Source: a phage | Assembly (NCBI GenBank): GCA_012401045.1 | Contig: GCA_012401045.1_4704.1 | Reading direction: 5' to 3' (one strand) | DNA: 64,000 nucleotides | Shown here: positions 16,482 to 25,997 of the stretch, one piece after another | How the letters are laid out: each line of letters starts with the position of its first letter | Position numbering within the stretch: position 1 is the stretch's first letter | Position numbers and translations under genes: made by a program | The notes under the pieces: model-generated | The model's database searches: none | Seen by the model: the letters and a program-made list of their open reading frames with translations, nothing else | Told to the model about the DNA's origin: nothing

Positions 16482-17726
16482 ATGCTCATGTCTTCTATTT
16501 TACAGGTGTTTAATGCGCATGCGGAAGGCATTGACATCGACGAGTATTTTGTTAATCAGGTTATCCGTTACGCGACACGCTTCCGTACGCAAGACCAAGA
16601 ACACATGCGTTTTTTCGGTGGGGTTCTGTTAGGTGTACAGAAAATCCGATTCACAACAAGACATAACGATACATGGTTTTCAGACGTCTTGATGATGGAT
16701 GAAGAAAGCTTACGACGCGATTTGAGTAAACTACCCTTCTACAATACGCAGACCAACCGTGTTGCCTCAAACGCCTTTAACCTAAGTTGCTGTTGGTTGC
16801 TTTATGCGATCTTCCACAGCAAACAAATCAAAAAAGAAAAGGTTCGTGAAGCCGGGATGCTTGCAGCAATGCAAGTCCTCCATTATAAATTCATTTGCGG
16901 TCTGGTAGCACGACGTTATCCTTATAACGCCGATCCGGCTATCGCCATTAAGGCGTACGATGAGTTAACCCTCAAATCAGGCATCAAGCGCATGAATAGC
17001 TGGAATGAGTACATCGACGAACGCTGTAACGCCATCATTGCGCGCAATAGCACGCATTTCAGTCGCTGGTCAACCCTGGAACCAGATAGTGTCGCCGAAC
17101 GTTTTGTGCGTGATGTGAATACCGGAATCCGTAAGGTTATCAACCGTATCACCGATACGTACTATGCGATGTATGAAGAGGGTAAGAAGATAGGCACGTC
17201 CTCTCAAACTGTAGAATTAGACGACGGCCTCGCTGTTCGCGATATCAAACGCAACGAAACCACTTATCGTCAATATCTGTTCGAAATCGCTTATGACCGA
17301 ACAAGTTTCGTTAAACGTGAACTCATGGTCGTCATCCTCGACGTGCATCATACTACCAATCTTTTATCCCTTGAGCGAGCGTTAAGCTATATCAGCGCTA
17401 ACGTAGAACGACCGACAAGAGACGGAAAACAGGTCTCTCAGATGTTGCGGCTTGTAATGGAGCATGCTATCGAGTATATCATCTTGAATAAGGTCGATAT
17501 GCGCGATCTTACGTTCTTATTCTACATGCGTAACGTGTACACGTCCAACCGTACCAGCAACCCGAAACTGTTAGAACTGCGTAAACTTGGCTCTGAAGTC
17601 ATTAAGAAAGCAACCAACGCGAGAAACGACGCTGAAGCTGCAGCGACACGTACCGGTGTCTTTCTGTATATCCTGCTTCGTGTGTTTAGCCGTAACTATT
17701 ACGTTCGACGTGCGATGTCACGTTAA
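16482..17726 (+). CDS. Hypothetical protein (414 aa; start may be the second ATG at 16488)
   Basis: GAGGGAG lies upstream and spacing favours ATG 16488. No motif recognised. Confidence 0.75.
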   Translation: MLMSSILQVFNAHAEGIDIDEYFVNQVIRYATRFRTQDQEHMRFFGGVLLGVQKIRFTTRHNDTWFSDVLMMDEESLRRDLSKLPFYNTQTNRVASNAFNLSCCWLLYAIFHSKQIKKEKVREAGMLAAMQVLHYKFICGLVARRYPYNADPAIAIKAYDELTLKSGIKRMNSWNEYIDERCNAIIARNSTHFSRWSTLEPDSVAERFVRDVNTGIRKVINRITDTYYAMYEEGKKIGTSSQTVELDDGLAVRDIKRNETTYRQYLFEIAYDRTSFVKRELMVVILDVHHTTNLLSLERALSYISANVERPTRDGKQVSQMLRLVMEHAIEYIILNKVDMRDLTFLFYMRNVYTSNRTSNPKLLELRKLGSEVIKKATNARNDAEAAATRTGVFLYILLRVFSRNYYVRRAMSR

Positions 17727-17744
17727 CAATGTAACGGTAAAACT

Positions 17745-17876
17745 TTACTGACGTTGGTTATTATTTGAAGCATAGGGCTTCACCCAGGAGTACCATCCCT
17801 TTAAGTCGTTTATCCTCTCCTGGTTAACTGTCGTTCTCTCACAGTGCTCGACAGACCAAAAATGCTCAGGCCTCAT
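17745..17876 (-). CDS. Possible small protein (43 aa)
   Basis: An internal ATG of track ORF 17745..18011 is preceded by AGAGGAGG. The longer version overlaps gene 17920..18228. Confidence 0.3.
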   Translation of the reverse strand: MRPEHFWSVEHCERTTVNQERINDLKGWYSWVKPYASNNNQRQ

Positions 17877-17919
17877 AGCCTCCTCTGGGAATGGAACCCA
17901 GAGGAGGACTATGTTTGCC

Positions 17920-18228
17920 TTAAAATTCAACGCGACCTTTTGTCGTAAACAATACACCTCTTTGCCAACAGAAAAGATCCTCCGATTGAGCGCAAACACG
18001 AATACCCGCATCGAATAGATGTTTTGTTCTAGCGCTTAAACAATCAGGATCTTCTACATACAACAGAAGACGTTGGCATTTATTTTGAATGCGTTCGACA
18101 AGGATGTTCTTATCGCTTAAAATAAAATGCGCGTTATCTGTTAAGTTATCGTCGGTTTCCAGCTGCTTGACAAGTTTGATTAAAATACGTAATTGCTCAA
18201 GTGTGTCATGATCAAGTGAATCACCCAT
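17920..18228 (-). CDS. Hypothetical protein (102 aa; start at MGDSLDHD)
   Basis: GAGGT lies 7 nt upstream of ATG 18228. Confidence 0.6.
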   Translation of the reverse strand: MGDSLDHDTLEQLRILIKLVKQLETDDNLTDNAHFILSDKNILVERIQNKCQRLLLYVEDPDCLSARTKHLFDAGIRVCAQSEDLFCWQRGVLFTTKGRVEF

Positions 18229-18275
18229 GGCGTACCTCAACGTTATACGTCGTTTGTATTATAATACGCTATCGT

Positions 18276-18299
18276 CTCCCCGCCAGTATTAACGGGGAG
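18276..18299 (-). terminator. Stem-loop after terL
   Basis: CTCCCCG (18276..18282) pairs with CGGGGAG (18293..18299). There is no clear U tract. Confidence 0.4.
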
Positions 18300-18313
18300 T
18301 CTGCAGACTACTC

Positions 18314-20545
18314 TTAGAAAAAACCGCCCGGGCGGTATTGACCCATCGTCATCCACGCATTACGAGAAATATTCCGTTCATTCGAAGAGCGGCTTATTTG
18401 ACGATAAGTATTCGCTCGTTCCTCCCTTGCTTTCGTGATCATCGCATCAATAGAAACAGCCGCTGAATCCTCCCCACGTATTTTTCCTTTATACGTAAGA
18501 AGCTCTGCCTCCAATCGATCCAAGATAAGGCCGTTGGTTTCGGTCTTAAGCAACTCATAGATTTCAGCAACGCGTTGACGTAGCTTCGCCTGCTGTTGGT
18601 TAAGATACGCTTCATACGGATCGATTTCACCCGTTACAGATGCTGGTAAACGACTCATGACTTTAAGTGGATCGATACCGTAATGGATCTGTTTCTTAGC
18701 ACGCTTGATGAACCACATCGCTAACATCCATGCGAACGTCATGTCATCGTGCATTCCATCCTGGTGATCGACACGCCCATCTTTGATAACCAATCCGAGG
18801 ATCTCGGAACACAGCATCTTGTCACGTAACTGCCCGCGGGTTTCTACAATACCTTCCATCAAGATGTCGGAATACAACTCCATACGTTTGCGCGCATCCG
18901 TTGTGAAGCCTAAATGCCGTTTACGTTGAGCATACCAACTTTCATCACGCATGCTCAATGGTAATTTCAGGTCTTCGAACATCGCTGGATTATCAGCATG
19001 CCTGTCTACAATCGTGTTGTATACGCGTTTGAACACGTCGATGCCCGCTTGCCGCAAGAACTCTTCAATTGCGTCTAACAGCATGATTGCACTGCTTTTA
19101 CGTTCAGGAATCAACGTAACGTTCTTAAAACGCATCATGAAGTTGGCCATCCAACGAGCAAAAGAAAGCAGACTCAGTTTATTAAAACGTCCTGTCGCAA
19201 CAACTTCTGCTGTTTCTACATCCACCATCACCAAACCGATAGCGTCACGACCTATTGCATCGCTGGTGTCTAAACCAGCAACCACCTTATTGTTCTGCAT
19301 GTATGTCTCGATTTTACCTCGAGGTATATACCAGTTAATGCAGTAGCCTTCAGGTGAGATCTCGATATGGTCGATTTCACGTTGTCCCGCCATGATCATC
19401 TCAACCATCTCAGCGGTTAACGGGCTTTCTGCTGAACCGTTGGTCCAGATGTTCATGTAGTCGCGGTCTTTCTGAAGTTTATCACCTTCCGTTTCGTTCA
19501 TGGTTTTTGCTAACCATTCATCACTGAAGCCCAGCTGAGCGTGGTTCCATTGTGCCCCGATCCTGACGGTTGCTTTGCTGAGCTCGCACGGCACGTTGTT
19601 CAATACCGTCTGATGCAGATGCTTTTCATTACGGCAGTCAAAGAAACTTTCAGAGAACGGCGCTGAACGCATGAAAACTTCATAAGCCCATTTGCCTTCG
19701 CGTTTATCCAATTCACCTGCTGTTGTCGTATAGATGATACTCGTCAGGTCGCCGTTGCTTAATGCTTCATCGCGTGCCGCACCCATCGCACCGATACCAG
19801 CAGGAACAATGATTTCGATGTATTTCGTAAACGCGGTTTCGTCGCTATGAAATAGCGGGGTTGTTAGACCACGGCCGATGTTTGTTGCTTGTTTCTTATC
19901 CGAACGTGGAATCTTTACCGATAACTTGTTCTTGAAACGTGTGTAGGTTACGTTCTCTTTGTTCGATGAATCACGGCTATCCAGCGTCCAGAGATACGCA
20001 GGCAGCAGATCACGTATACTACGCACATCTTCTACTGTTTTCGTACGGGCATCACCGTCTTTTGTTAACTGAATAACCTCGGTGTTTCGACTACGAACAT
20101 AGGTTAGATAGCAGAACAATCCTAACATGGTCATGGATTTACCCGTCTGACGTATCTGTATCTGATACCAGTTCGTTCGGGTAAATATTCCCCAGAGCAT
20201 CGGAATGTTACCGCGGTTAGCACGGAATGAAATTTTGTTATCACCCGCTTTAGCCGGAACACGCATCACTTCACGGAAGAAGTACCATGGATTAAGATAG
20301 CATTCCGCACTGATCATCTGAATCTGTTCTGACGTCAAATTCGGTGCGTGGGGATCAACACCAATCAATCTTGGGTTTAATAACGCCATGAAAAACGCAG
20401 AGTTCCGGACACCGAATTCACGACGATATAAGATCGCTAAATCACGCCAACTTGTGTTTGTTGTTTCCCAGTGTGGAACAGCCTGAGGAAAATAATCCCA
20501 ATCTTCCTCAAACAAGATGATTTTCTTCGGATCGACAATCGACAT
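18314..20545 (-). CDS. terL: Terminase large subunit
   Basis: 743 aa. Motifs are Walker A-like QIRQTGKS, Walker B-like LFHSDE, and C-terminal nuclease-type acidic motifs AGLDTSDAIG and DHQDGMHDD. SD GGAGGAG. Confidence 0.85.
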   Translation of the reverse strand: MSIVDPKKIILFEEDWDYFPQAVPHWETTNTSWRDLAILYRREFGVRNSAFFMALLNPRLIGVDPHAPNLTSEQIQMISAECYLNPWYFFREVMRVPAKAGDNKISFRANRGNIPMLWGIFTRTNWYQIQIRQTGKSMTMLGLFCYLTYVRSRNTEVIQLTKDGDARTKTVEDVRSIRDLLPAYLWTLDSRDSSNKENVTYTRFKNKLSVKIPRSDKKQATNIGRGLTTPLFHSDETAFTKYIEIIVPAGIGAMGAARDEALSNGDLTSIIYTTTAGELDKREGKWAYEVFMRSAPFSESFFDCRNEKHLHQTVLNNVPCELSKATVRIGAQWNHAQLGFSDEWLAKTMNETEGDKLQKDRDYMNIWTNGSAESPLTAEMVEMIMAGQREIDHIEISPEGYCINWYIPRGKIETYMQNNKVVAGLDTSDAIGRDAIGLVMVDVETAEVVATGRFNKLSLLSFARWMANFMMRFKNVTLIPERKSSAIMLLDAIEEFLRQAGIDVFKRVYNTIVDRHADNPAMFEDLKLPLSMRDESWYAQRKRHLGFTTDARKRMELYSDILMEGIVETRGQLRDKMLCSEILGLVIKDGRVDHQDGMHDDMTFAWMLAMWFIKRAKKQIHYGIDPLKVMSRLPASVTGEIDPYEAYLNQQQAKLRQRVAEIYELLKTETNGLILDRLEAELLTYKGKIRGEDSAAVSIDAMITKAREERANTYRQISRSSNERNISRNAWMTMGQYRPGGFF

Positions 20546-20557
20546 ATAAACTCCTCC

Positions 20558-20584
20558 GATGGAGGGTGCCGAGCACCCTCCATC
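20558..20584 (-). promoter_or_regulatory. 12-bp perfect hairpin abutting the terL SD
   Basis: GATGGAGGGTGC cga GCACCCTCCATC. On the minus strand it is followed directly by GGAGGAGTTTATATG (terL start). There is no U tract. Confidence 0.45.
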
Positions 20585-20595
20585 GTTGTATTACC

Positions 20596-22335
20596 TTATG
20601 CGACTTTACTAATAACGACTGCTGTGATACCGAGATGTAGGTCGACGCCATTCTGTACTTTAATCCAGCGGATATACAGGTTAGCGTTATCCTGTCCCGT
20701 ACCACCTGGGACGTTATTGTTCCTATTCCATTGCGAGATTTCGAAACGTTTCTGCACGTTAGGACCAACCATGATTTCAAAGTGGGTCGGTTCTGGTGCT
20801 TTCGATTCCGTTTTCTCAAGATAGAGCGGATGTGTCGCGTAGTAAAGTTGGTTCAACCATTCACCCAGATCTGAGTGTTTGTTCGTCAAGTCAACATACG
20901 CGTTACCAGCAACATCGTAAGTAAACAACGCTTTCGTGTTACGACCGTACACATCCGTTGTCGTCGGCGTTGTTTGCGAGCTGAACGTTACTGTCCAGTA
21001 ATCACCGGATGTTGCCGAACCTGCTTGCAATAGCGTCATTCGAATAGTCTGCGTATGACGTACGCGTTTGTAAACGGTAGGATCGACTTCATCTAACCAG
21101 ATGTTGTACGCAAATTCCTGAGGTTGTCCGTATTTCTTCGGATTAAACTCAGGGCTGTTCAGTGCCAATTGTACTTTATCGGTTACGTTGTAGTAACGTT
21201 CACGGTCGACGTTGTACAACCAGAACACCAGCTCGTATCCCACAGCATCAGATACCCATTGCGGATAGCAGAACAGTTTAACACTGTAAGCCCCTTTCGC
21301 TTCTTTAGAAACGACGGTATAAGGCACACTGATGTGTTTCACCGCTCCTGGTAACGCGTAGGATGTGTCCTCATCGTCGTCCAGGTAGTAGTGTAACGCC
21401 AGCGGATGTTTGCTGTTGATGACCTGGGACGTGAAGACGTTAAGGCCGTCCAACACAACCTTGTTACCAGTAACCGGCCAATGTTTAATGGAACCATCAC
21501 TGTAAGTGACTTCAGCCTGAAGGTCGACGGAATCCAGGTTGACGTTGATCGGTAACTCAAGCAGTTTGGTATCGCTGCTGCTCAGCCACGTTGATTTCAG
21601 TCGTACCCCGTCTTCCAGAATATATTTAATACCCTGGTCTGGGGTGCGTACATAGTCAGTGATACGAACGATCATGCGTTTCATGGATAGCGGCTGCGGA
21701 CCGTCACCATAACCTACTACCATCACCTGCTCAAAATCTTCGACAGGCTTAATGCAGTAACCTTCACGAGGTGCCCAGATAGCTTTATTCGTTCCGTCTT
21801 TGTAAGCGATAAGCTGACACGGAATGAAATCGCTGATCTTATTCCCGCTGTTGTCATACATCGCACTGATGATTTCGCCTTTGGCGCTGATATCAGAACC
21901 GCGGAACACTGCGATACGTCGAATATCCGAGCCATGCAGATGGAAACGACGATCGATGTTCATTGTAGCAGGGATCGTGTTCGTATTAATCAATACACGC
22001 CATGTATCGTACGACCACGTCGGGTCAATACCTTCAAAGGTTGTCGTCCCATCGCCCTGACCATCGAACGGAGCAGACAGCTGACCGATAAGTTTAAGGG
22101 TACTTAGTTTTGTGCGATCGTCTACGGCGATAACACGGTACACCGCATTCGTATCCCAGTCTTCAACTTTATCGTCCACGTTGGGGACGTAAAGTTTCCA
22201 GTCTTCTTCAACGCCATTATAGATCTCTTTATACGCATAGGTGGTATAGCGTCTGTCGAGATCCTGAATAGCGAGTTTATCCGGATGCTGTTGTGCATAA
22301 AGCACCGGATTGGTAATCTCTCTTCCCATTATCAC
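20596..22335 (-). CDS. Large hypothetical protein, probably virion/tail-associated (context only)
   Basis: 579 aa with beta-rich composition and an ATGA overlap with the upstream gene. It lies between terL and the sheath gene. Confidence 0.7.
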   Translation of the reverse strand: MIMGREITNPVLYAQQHPDKLAIQDLDRRYTTYAYKEIYNGVEEDWKLYVPNVDDKVEDWDTNAVYRVIAVDDRTKLSTLKLIGQLSAPFDGQGDGTTTFEGIDPTWSYDTWRVLINTNTIPATMNIDRRFHLHGSDIRRIAVFRGSDISAKGEIISAMYDNSGNKISDFIPCQLIAYKDGTNKAIWAPREGYCIKPVEDFEQVMVVGYGDGPQPLSMKRMIVRITDYVRTPDQGIKYILEDGVRLKSTWLSSSDTKLLELPINVNLDSVDLQAEVTYSDGSIKHWPVTGNKVVLDGLNVFTSQVINSKHPLALHYYLDDDEDTSYALPGAVKHISVPYTVVSKEAKGAYSVKLFCYPQWVSDAVGYELVFWLYNVDRERYYNVTDKVQLALNSPEFNPKKYGQPQEFAYNIWLDEVDPTVYKRVRHTQTIRMTLLQAGSATSGDYWTVTFSSQTTPTTTDVYGRNTKALFTYDVAGNAYVDLTNKHSDLGEWLNQLYYATHPLYLEKTESKAPEPTHFEIMVGPNVQKRFEISQWNRNNNVPGGTGQDNANLYIRWIKVQNGVDLHLGITAVVISKVA

Positions 22336-24926
22336 TCACCTTTGATTGTGTAAAACTTCGTGAAGTCCACGCGATCTTTCAAGAACTCACGACTGACGCG
22401 TTCTAAGAACCGCAGTTGTTTAACCGTAACTTCAAGCGGCGTCCAACTGTCGTGTGGATGAATAGAGACCATCCGCCAATCGTAATTACGTAACGCAGGA
22501 TCGTAGTCATAGAACCATTTATACGGCTCCATGAAATCCATCAACTTAACGTCCTGCATATCAGGATCGGGATCGATAACACCGTTGATAAGATCGTACG
22601 TTACCGCCATCAGCGTTGGACTGATCAGCTGATATTTGTTTTCGATTGTGACCGGCGTATCGTACTTCACGCGAGGGAAATACAACGACATATAGTCTTC
22701 AACGCGTTTGTCGGTTTCAAGACTCTTATCGCGTAGGTAATACGTGTCTGTATTAACCAGACCACGGATGGGGGCAATAACACGGTAGATCGCATAAGGC
22801 ACCCCATCGTTGACTTTGATGTCGGCAGGGTATTGCGTGTCCTCTGCGGTAACCACTTCGCTACGATCGTAAATACGTCCACCAACCACAATACGAACAA
22901 CATGGTCGTCACGAACATTAAACACGTCGTCGTAAGAAAGCTGATTATGCATCGTCCAACCGGTATCGTAAACGGTTTCACCGGTTAAGTCCGTACGTGG
23001 AAAACCAGTACATCTCACGGTAACCGTGTGCGTGTTCCCTTCACTGAAATACCGTTTCGCGTTGATCATGATCGTTGGCCATTTTACGATATAATCGATA
23101 TCGCGTACCAAGCTGTAGCTTTTGGTTGCTCGCTCGTCACCTAACCATACTTCGATTTGACCAGGTTCGAAAGGCAGCGGATATTCAACATCAATACCCG
23201 TCGTAACATCCAACCATACGGTGTGGTTACGATGTTGTATTGTGGTCTTATACGCTAAGAAGTAGGTGTCGAACAATACTAAACCGGTTTGCTTTCTTCC
23301 ATCCAACGACCATTTTATTACCCCGTTCTCTTCCGTTACCACAGAAGCATCGTCGGTAACATCCTTCCATGTGTTCGCGACAGGTTGTCCGTTACGAAGA
23401 TTTACGCTATAACAGCGGTAACTCGCCCATTCACGGATTGGGACGTCGGCAACACCCATCACGTAATCAAGCGTTCTCCCACCAACACCCGATCGACCCT
23501 CAACATAGGACGTGGTTTCATATTGCGGATAAAAATGTCGGCCTGCCGGATGTTGCGTGATACCCAATAATAGACCGTCACTGTCGTACTCAAAGAACGT
23601 CGCATTTGCACGTAAACCCCATGGTACTTCAGCGGTAGGGGTACCCATATCGTCAGTAACGCGTTGTGGACTATCTGCAACCAGTTTTGCCATCGCGTTA
23701 TACCCGTAAGCGGAGGTCACCATGTCGATCGTGATATTGCTTTCCTTATTACGCATGATGCGTGTATAATCACTGGCTTCAAGCGTGCGTGCAAAGAACT
23801 CGGGTATATTAGCGTTCTGTTCTAACATCGCACCGACGATGATGTCGTCTGGAAGTTTATACAATTCGTGGATGCGGTTATGTTCAAAGGTTAACTGCGT
23901 TTTCAAACCGCTATCACGGACAACCACTTCCAGGGTTAAATCACGAAGCGATTCTGCTCCATCAACCCGTTCAACGAAGTAGCTGACATAATCAACAGGA
24001 ATCCCGTAATCACGATGTGTGAGCATGCGGATACTATTTTCCTGGTTGGTGTGGTAATAACGTCCTTTTCCGTTAGGCCCTTTCACGTAGATATCAACGT
24101 CATCACGATACCGGATTTTAGTATCCGCTTCATCTTTCGGCGGATGAATAAGATACTTCACTTTTTTGTCCAGATCGCTGTTGTACGTTTTAAGATCTTC
24201 TACACGGAAGCTGTACCGATGAACAACGGTACCATCATAGACGACCTGAATGCTATCACCGATCTTAAAACTTGACGGTGGAATGTCTTCAACCGCTTCA
24301 CCATTGATACTGCAGTGCGTCCAGCCGATACCGGTTTCCTGAATCTTTTTACGCCAGGCGTATAGCTGACGCTGCCACTGTAGAACCTGTGTCGAGCTGG
24401 TTACAATCCCCCCAAGGACATGCACTTCACGCCCCGTCGGTTTCGTGTATGACGGATAGCCTTCTGCGAAGTCGGCGTTGAGATAGGTGCGCCAGTAATA
24501 ATCACCAACGCCAAGGTCAGCGATATTCGGTTGGTCGAGCACACAGACCAGCATCGTTTCGTTTTCCAGATTACCCGTCCACGTTAATGTCAACGGGAAT
24601 TCTTTACCGTCCTCGGTATAGATATTGTAATACGATCCCTTCACCTCACAGAACTTGCTGAGTTCTCGCCACCACAACCGACCCGCCCCGACATTAAAAT
24701 CCTCCCCCATATGTCGTCCAATAACAAACACATGGAACGTATTGGTATCATCAGGAAGATTGAATGTACGATGCCAAGCCGTAAAGTTTTTTACTGCGCC
24801 GGTCTTTCCGGTAATACGACGCATCTTGATACGATGCTGGTTGTCCATTAATGGACGGCAGTTCACATTCAGCGCAGCATGATTTATCAAGTATTGCGCT
24901 GTAGGATTAGAAGCGTTCAACACCAC
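22332..24926 (-). CDS. Large hypothetical protein, probably virion/tail-associated (context only)
   Basis: 864 aa. The GTG start at 24926 is preceded by GGAGG 7 nt upstream. Confidence 0.7.
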   Translation of the reverse strand: MVLNASNPTAQYLINHAALNVNCRPLMDNQHRIKMRRITGKTGAVKNFTAWHRTFNLPDDTNTFHVFVIGRHMGEDFNVGAGRLWWRELSKFCEVKGSYYNIYTEDGKEFPLTLTWTGNLENETMLVCVLDQPNIADLGVGDYYWRTYLNADFAEGYPSYTKPTGREVHVLGGIVTSSTQVLQWQRQLYAWRKKIQETGIGWTHCSINGEAVEDIPPSSFKIGDSIQVVYDGTVVHRYSFRVEDLKTYNSDLDKKVKYLIHPPKDEADTKIRYRDDVDIYVKGPNGKGRYYHTNQENSIRMLTHRDYGIPVDYVSYFVERVDGAESLRDLTLEVVVRDSGLKTQLTFEHNRIHELYKLPDDIIVGAMLEQNANIPEFFARTLEASDYTRIMRNKESNITIDMVTSAYGYNAMAKLVADSPQRVTDDMGTPTAEVPWGLRANATFFEYDSDGLLLGITQHPAGRHFYPQYETTSYVEGRSGVGGRTLDYVMGVADVPIREWASYRCYSVNLRNGQPVANTWKDVTDDASVVTEENGVIKWSLDGRKQTGLVLFDTYFLAYKTTIQHRNHTVWLDVTTGIDVEYPLPFEPGQIEVWLGDERATKSYSLVRDIDYIVKWPTIMINAKRYFSEGNTHTVTVRCTGFPRTDLTGETVYDTGWTMHNQLSYDDVFNVRDDHVVRIVVGGRIYDRSEVVTAEDTQYPADIKVNDGVPYAIYRVIAPIRGLVNTDTYYLRDKSLETDKRVEDYMSLYFPRVKYDTPVTIENKYQLISPTLMAVTYDLINGVIDPDPDMQDVKLMDFMEPYKWFYDYDPALRNYDWRMVSIHPHDSWTPLEVTVKQLRFLERVSREFLKDRVDFTKFYTIKGE

Positions 24927-25854
24927 GGCATGCCTCCAGGAGGTATTTCATGTTGGCTTGGAAATCATTGACGTCACGCGCCATACGACGCTGATCCGCC
25001 ATGAGACGAGCCAACACGGTATCACGGTAACCACGATCGTGGTCAGCAGCAGAGCATAAAAGAATAAATGTTGGTGGATGCTCTAAAGCAATCCCAGCAA
25101 CTTCTTTACTATAACCCCCAACCCAGCTGTAAGCGGTGATTTCAAACAACAACGCTTGGGTTAACGTGTTCAAACGGGGACTAATATTACTTTCTTTTAA
25201 TGCTGTTACGAAAGCTGCCATGTTAGGGATATAACCCAGGTTTTCGGTTACGATACCGATGCTCGCAAAATCGTAACGAAGCGTTGTCTGGATGGTGCGC
25301 ACCATAGTTAGTCTTTCATTATTTGTAAGGCTATCTTTAAACAGGCAAAGATAATACCATGCTGTTATGATGGCAACATCACGACGTTGTTGAAGGTCCA
25401 GCCCTAAACGTTGTGTGATTTGTCCGCTAATCCAATCACAAAAGACACGCATCGGGATAGGGCCAAGACGTTCAAAAGGACGTGTGCCCAAGGATTCCCA
25501 TCCTACCTGAAGATACGCACGTGATTGAAGAAAGTTATATTCACGTTCGTTAACAACGGTAGTACGCGATCCTGGGCGTGAAGTATCTGTTGGGGTGCGC
25601 GCGTAAGCGCGTTGGTCGATAACAACGCGCTGTCCGTCCATCACTGTTTTAATGACCAACGGATGACCAAAAGAAGGGATATCGTCCAACGTATTTTTGT
25701 TGCCGATGACTTCGAGAACGGGAGTGTTTACGCCACTTTCTTCACCGGGTGCACTTAACAATCCGCCGACGTAAGCAACTTCGATAGCGGTTCGGATACG
25801 GTCAATGCCTTTTAGTTTTGTTCCAACAGTTGTGTCGTAAGGAGAGATGAACAT
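24907..25854 (-). CDS. Hypothetical protein, probably virion-associated (context only)
   Basis: 315 aa. TATGCCGT lies 20 nt upstream of the ATG. Confidence 0.7.
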   Translation of the reverse strand: MFISPYDTTVGTKLKGIDRIRTAIEVAYVGGLLSAPGEESGVNTPVLEVIGNKNTLDDIPSFGHPLVIKTVMDGQRVVIDQRAYARTPTDTSRPGSRTTVVNEREYNFLQSRAYLQVGWESLGTRPFERLGPIPMRVFCDWISGQITQRLGLDLQQRRDVAIITAWYYLCLFKDSLTNNERLTMVRTIQTTLRYDFASIGIVTENLGYIPNMAAFVTALKESNISPRLNTLTQALLFEITAYSWVGGYSKEVAGIALEHPPTFILLCSAADHDRGYRDTVLARLMADQRRMARDVNDFQANMKYLLEACRGVERF

Positions 25855-25870
25855 ATGTAATTCCTTTATT

Positions 25871-25878
25871 ACGGCATA
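25871..25878 (-). promoter_or_regulatory. TATGCCGT motif upstream of 24907..25854
   Basis: The minus strand reads CTTATATGCCGTAATAAAGGAATTACATATG. Confidence 0.4.
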
Positions 25879-25960
25879 TAAGAAAACGGGTTAAGCACAC
25901 AGATTTACGCATAATTGTAATATTTTACGTTATGCCTATGACATTGTGTCACGTGTGCAA

Positions 25961-25968
25961 TTATGTCA
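25961..25968 (+). promoter_or_regulatory. TTATGTCA motif upstream of the sheath gene
   Basis: GCAATTATGTCATAC lies 30 nt before ATG 25998. The same octamer is on the minus strand at 30044..30037. A TTATGCCT variant is at 25930..25937. Confidence 0.4.
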
Positions 25969-25997
25969 TACAATTTCCTTAAATTAAGGAGAGTTCC

